A DNA stretch of 63,734 nt, counting the filler, from Reclinomonas americana ATCC 50394 (Eukaryota), in NCBI GenBank assembly GCA_048213135.1. It is 10 parts of 10 records of this genome, joined end to end, with 100 filler letters (N's around TTAATTAATTAA, not from the genome) between each part and the next. Parts side by side here need not be neighbours in the genome. Positions count along the whole stretch, not along the records: positions 58,554 to 62,566 come from AFZH01023360.1; positions 62,667 to 63,734 come from AFZH01023365.1; 8 more parts are not named here. The stretch is one strand, 5' to 3'. This document shows, in pieces, positions 60,087-63,734 of the stretch. A program made the translations under genes and the position numbers. Numbering within the stretch: the first letter of the stretch is position 1; every line of letters starts with the position of its first letter. Under the pieces are notes generated by a model. That model made no database searches and was not told the DNA's origin. It worked only from the letters and a program-made list of their open reading frames with translations.

Positions 60087-60334
60087 TCCGTTCGACTGAA
60101 AGGCTGGGTCATCGATCCCACCGCCGAGCGTCCGCGTCGCGCGCCCAGCGGTCCATGAGATTGTTTGATTGCGCCGCGCGTTACCCCTACCCGCAACTTT
60201 CGGCGAACAGACGATCAGCAGCACCAGCTACGCACGTCGATACTGCAGTGCGCCAATAGCTGACCTTGGATCACGGCCGGTTAGCGGACATTCCTTTGAG
60301 GCCGACGGAGCCGAGTGCCGCCGTCCTACAATCT

Positions 60335-60784
60335 TCAGACCTGGAAGTTCCTGATCAACCGCGCCAGCTCGGCTTGAAACTGCTTATGACGCTGGATGAC
60401 GCCTGCCGTTGAAAGATCGGCATCCAGGATGACCGGAAGCCCGCGGGAGAGCAGCAAGTGGCCTTCCCCTGTCAAAGACAGTCGCCTCAATCGGGCATCT
60501 TCCGGATCGGTAAGGACGGCGACCAGCCGCCGACGGAGGAGTGGCTTGAGGCTCGCGGTGATGGTGGTCCGATCCGCGCCAAGAGCGGTGGCGACCTCGC
60601 CGATCGACGGTGGCGCATCCACGTCGAGGCAGCTCAATAGGATCAGCTGCCCGGTATTGAGGCTGAGATGTCGTAGTGCTGCGTCGGTCCTTCGAGACAG
60701 AACCCTGGCGGCACGCAGGATCGAAGCGGTAAGCTCGGTGGAGACGTCATAGGCCGAGCTTGCGGAGGCTGGCCCATCGCTCAC
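60335..60784 (-). CDS. MarR family winged-helix regulator
   Basis: LRRAAR-like helix (ILRAARVLSRRTD), SIGEVATALGADRTTITASLKPL and DARLRRLSLT. Probable GTG start overlaps the RND stop (GTGA). Confidence 0.85.
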   Translation of the reverse strand: MSDGPASASSAYDVSTELTASILRAARVLSRRTDAALRHLSLNTGQLILLSCLDVDAPPSIGEVATALGADRTTITASLKPLLRRRLVAVLTDPEDARLRRLSLTGEGHLLLSRGLPVILDADLSTAGVIQRHKQFQAELARLIRNFQV

Positions 60785-62566
60785 TCCGCCGCTTGCGCAA
60801 GGGCGAGCGGCGAAGTTGCGGCATTCGATCGGGTATCGACCTTGCCGGCGGCTGCTGATGTCGGCTTGATCCGGAACCACGCAGCATAAAGCGCCGGAAG
60901 GAAGAGCAAGATGAGCACCGTCCCGACCGCCGTACCGCCGATCAGCGTATAGGCCATCGAACCCCAGAAGACGGAGTGGGTCAGCGGGATGAAGGCCAGG
61001 ACCGCGGCGAGCGCCGTCAGGATGACCGGTCGCGTGCGCTGAACCGTCGCTTCGATGACGGCATGATAGTCGTCCAGACCCGCGATCTGGTTCTCCTTGA
61101 TCTGGTCGGTCAGGATCAGCGTGTTGCGCATCAGGATGCCGGCGAGCCCGATGAGGCCCAGGATCGCGTTGAAGCCGAAGGGCTGGTTGAAGACCAAGAG
61201 CGTTGGAACCACACCGATCAGGCCGAGCGGGGCTGTGAACAGCACCATCGTCATCATCGAGAACGATCGCACCTGGAGCATGACGACGATCAGCGTCACG
61301 GCGATCATCAGCGGGAGGATCTTGCCGAGAGCATCGTTCGCCTTGGACGCCTCCTCGATCGAGCCGCCCATGTCGATGCGATAACCGGCCGGCAGCGCGG
61401 CGATCAGCGGCTGGAGAGCGGTCAGCACCTGCTTGGAGACCTCCGGAGGCTGCGTCGCTTCGTTGATCTCGGAGCGGACCGTGATCGTCGGCATCCGATC
61501 GCGTCGCTTCAGCATCGGCTCCTCGTAACGGATCTCGGAATGCCCGATCTGATCCAGGGGGATCTGCCGGCCGTCCTTGCTCATGAGGGAAAAGTCGGCG
61601 AGGCGCGTCGGGTCGAGACGTTCAGCGCCTGCGCTTCGGGCCATGACCGGCACGTTGCGGATGTCCTCGCGGACCTGCGTGACCGGCACCCCGCTCAGCA
61701 GGAACTGGAGTTGCTGGCCGACCTGCGCCGGCGACAGGCCAATCAGGTTGAGACGATCCTGATCCGGCACGAAGCGCAGCACCGGCGTGCGATTGCCCCA
61801 GTCGCGATTCGCTTCCCTGACATCGGGGATGCCGCGCATCACCTGCAGGGCCTGTTCGGAGATCTTGTAGAGCTCAGCCGGGTCCGGGCCGACGATACGG
61901 AACTCGACCGGGAACACCGAAGGCGGCCCGAAGACGAATTGCGTCGCGCGGACATAGGCTTCGGGCGCGAGGCCGTTCGAGATGGCCGCGCGCAGGCGCT
62001 GCTTGAGCTCTTCGCGGGCATGCGCGTCGGGCGTCAGCACGACGATCTTGGCGAAGGCCGGATCGGGGAGTTCCGGCGACAGCGCCAGGAAGAAACGCGG
62101 CGCGCCCTGCCCGACATAGCTGGTGACGATCTTGGCTTCCGGCTGCTGGTTGAGCCAGCGCTCGACCTTCTGGACCGCGGCTGTGGTGGTCTCGATGCTG
62201 CTGCCTTCCGGCAGGCGGATTTCGACGAGTACCTCGGGCCGATCCGAAGTCGGGAAGAACTGCTGCTTCAGCCCGCCCATGCCGAGGCCGGAGAGAGCGA
62301 AGGCGATGCCGACGATCGCGCAGGTCAGGAACTTGTGGTCGACCGCGAAGGTGATCAGCCGCCGCAGGCGTCGATAGTTCGGCGTGTCGTAGATGGCGTG
62401 ATGGCCGCCGGGGACGGGCTTGATCTCCGGCAGCATCTTGACGCCGAGATAAGGAGTGAAGATCACCGCCACGATCCAGGACACGATCAGCGCGAAGCCG
62501 ACGACCCAGAAGATGTTGCCAGCGTATTCGCCGGCCGTGGAGGAGGCAAACCGCGGGCAGAAGCCG
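60781..62566 (-). CDS. Efflux RND transporter permease (AcrB/AcrD/AcrF family), C-terminal half
   Basis: QQFFPTSDRPE, YVGQGAPRF, LGLIGLAGILMRN and RTRPVILTALAA. Confidence 0.95.
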
Positions 62567-62784
62567 NNNNNNNNNNNNNNNNNNNNNNNNNNNNNNNNNN
62601 NNNNNNNNNNTTAATTAATTAANNNNNNNNNNNNNNNNNNNNNNNNNNNNNNNNNNNNNNNNNNNNCCGCCGCATGCCCCGTCTGCGCTGCGGGCGGGGC
62701 CATTCAACCTGCCGGCGATTGACCGCGCCGCGCTGTTTCGCCTCCATATCCGGCGGCGCGCTTCGCAGCCCTGGGGGATGATAG

Positions 62785-63264
62785 ATGCTCGAAGTGATCG
62801 GCCGCTCGCTCGCGATCGGCATCGGTGCGACCGCCCTGCTCGATCTCTGGGCACTGTTCCTCAACCGGGCCTTCGGCATCCCGCTGGCGAACTGGGCCAT
62901 GGTCGGGCGCTGGTTCGCCCATCTGCCGCGTGGCCGCTTCATGCACCACACCATCGCCGACACGCCGCCGGTGCAAGGCGAGCTCGCGATCGGCTGGATC
63001 ATGCACTACCTGATCGGCGCCCTGTTCGCCGCGATCGTCATCATGATCTGGGGGCTCGACTGGGCCCGCCACCCGACGTTGATCCCGGCCCTGATCGTCG
63101 GAGTGGTCACTGTTGGCTGTGGCTGGTTCATCCTGCAGCCCGGCATGGGTTTTGGCCTCGCCGCCAGCAAGCGGCCGAACGCCAACCAGGTCCGCCTGAT
63201 CGGCCTGATCAATCACGTCGTCTTCGGCTTGGGCCTCTGGCTCGCCGCGCTGCTGATGCGCTGA
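62785..63264 (+). CDS. DUF2938 family membrane protein
   Basis: IGIGATALLDLW, WAMVGRW, GWIMHYLIG, FILQPGMGFG and HVVFGLGL. Confidence 0.88.
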   Translation: MLEVIGRSLAIGIGATALLDLWALFLNRAFGIPLANWAMVGRWFAHLPRGRFMHHTIADTPPVQGELAIGWIMHYLIGALFAAIVIMIWGLDWARHPTLIPALIVGVVTVGCGWFILQPGMGFGLAASKRPNANQVRLIGLINHVVFGLGLWLAALLMR

Positions 63265-63303
63265 GCAGCCTCCCTTCCAGCTTCACACTCAAGGACGAAA
63301 CGC

Positions 63304-63734
63304 ATGGCCGCGACCCTGTTCCAGAATGCCCGCATCGTCGACGGCACCGCGCCCGAGCGCGCAGCGCCGGTCTCCGTCCTGGTCGAGGGCGGGCTGATCC
63401 GCGAGGTCGGCAAGACCATCCGCTCCGACAAGGCCCGGGTGATAGACCTCAAGGGCCGAACGCTGATGCCGGGCCTGATCGACGCGCATGTCCATGTCAT
63501 CGCCGGCCTCGCCGATCTCGGCCGCAACGCCGCCTTGCCGGATTCGCTGGTCACCGTGCGCTCGCTGGTGATTATGCGCGAGATGCTGCTGCGCGGCTTC
63601 ACCACGGTGCGCGATGTCGGCGGCGCCGATTTCGGCCTGAAGCAGGCAACAGAGGAGCACGATTTTCCGACACCGCGCCTCGTCATCTCCGGCAAGGCGC
63701 TGAGCCAGACAGGCGGCCATGCCGATTTCCGCGG
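63304..63734 (+). CDS. Amidohydrolase family (prolidase-like) protein, 3' truncated
   Basis: MAATLFQNARIVDG...IDLKGRTLMPGLIDAHVH...RGFTTVRDVGG...LSQTGGHAD; AAGGA ribosome-binding site upstream. Confidence 0.93.
   Translation, partial: MAATLFQNARIVDGTAPERAAPVSVLVEGGLIREVGKTIRSDKARVIDLKGRTLMPGLIDAHVHVIAGLADLGRNAALPDSLVTVRSLVIMREMLLRGFTTVRDVGGADFGLKQATEEHDFPTPRLVISGKALSQTGGHADFR

Noticed and set aside
60976..62622. 548-aa plus-strand ORF and similar antisense ORFs in the bacterial contigs
   Set aside because: They are shadow frames of high-GC genes on the opposite strand.
58554..63734. Horizontal transfer or a novel bacterial defence system
   Set aside because: It is separated from the eukaryotic DNA by an artificial spacer, and the gene content is ordinary metabolism, regulation and efflux.

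Overview
The window is a concatenation of 10 contigs joined by artificial 100-bp spacers (44 N + TTAATTAATTAA + 44 N). Contigs 1-8 (1-58453) come from one intron-rich, GC-rich, microsatellite-laden microbial eukaryote that I cannot identify. Several genes continue across the spacers, so their order looks real. Recognisable genes are EF-1 gamma (with an intronic C/D snoRNA candidate), a GT61 glycosyltransferase, a VIT-VWA protein with extra polyPro/WH2/UIM motifs, an aldo-keto reductase, TM9SF, a Cys-rich membrane protein, a GT-A glycosyltransferase, a cadherin-like protein, a secreted microexon protein, a 5'-nucleotidase with EF-hands, an NLR-like STAND-TPR protein and a CYP7/39/51-like P450. 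Contigs 9-10 (58554-63734) are intronless alphaproteobacterial-style DNA (TIM-barrel isomerase, TetR, MarR, RND permease, DUF2938, amidohydrolase) and are probably co-assembled. The most striking signal is a recurrent class of 5' splice sites, GTTG[C/A]G(T), found about 25 times and almost always after a non-G exon base. It looks like systematic use of +1-shifted or bulged U1 pairing. All exon structures were inferred by eye from reading frame and protein motifs, without RNA data or database searches.
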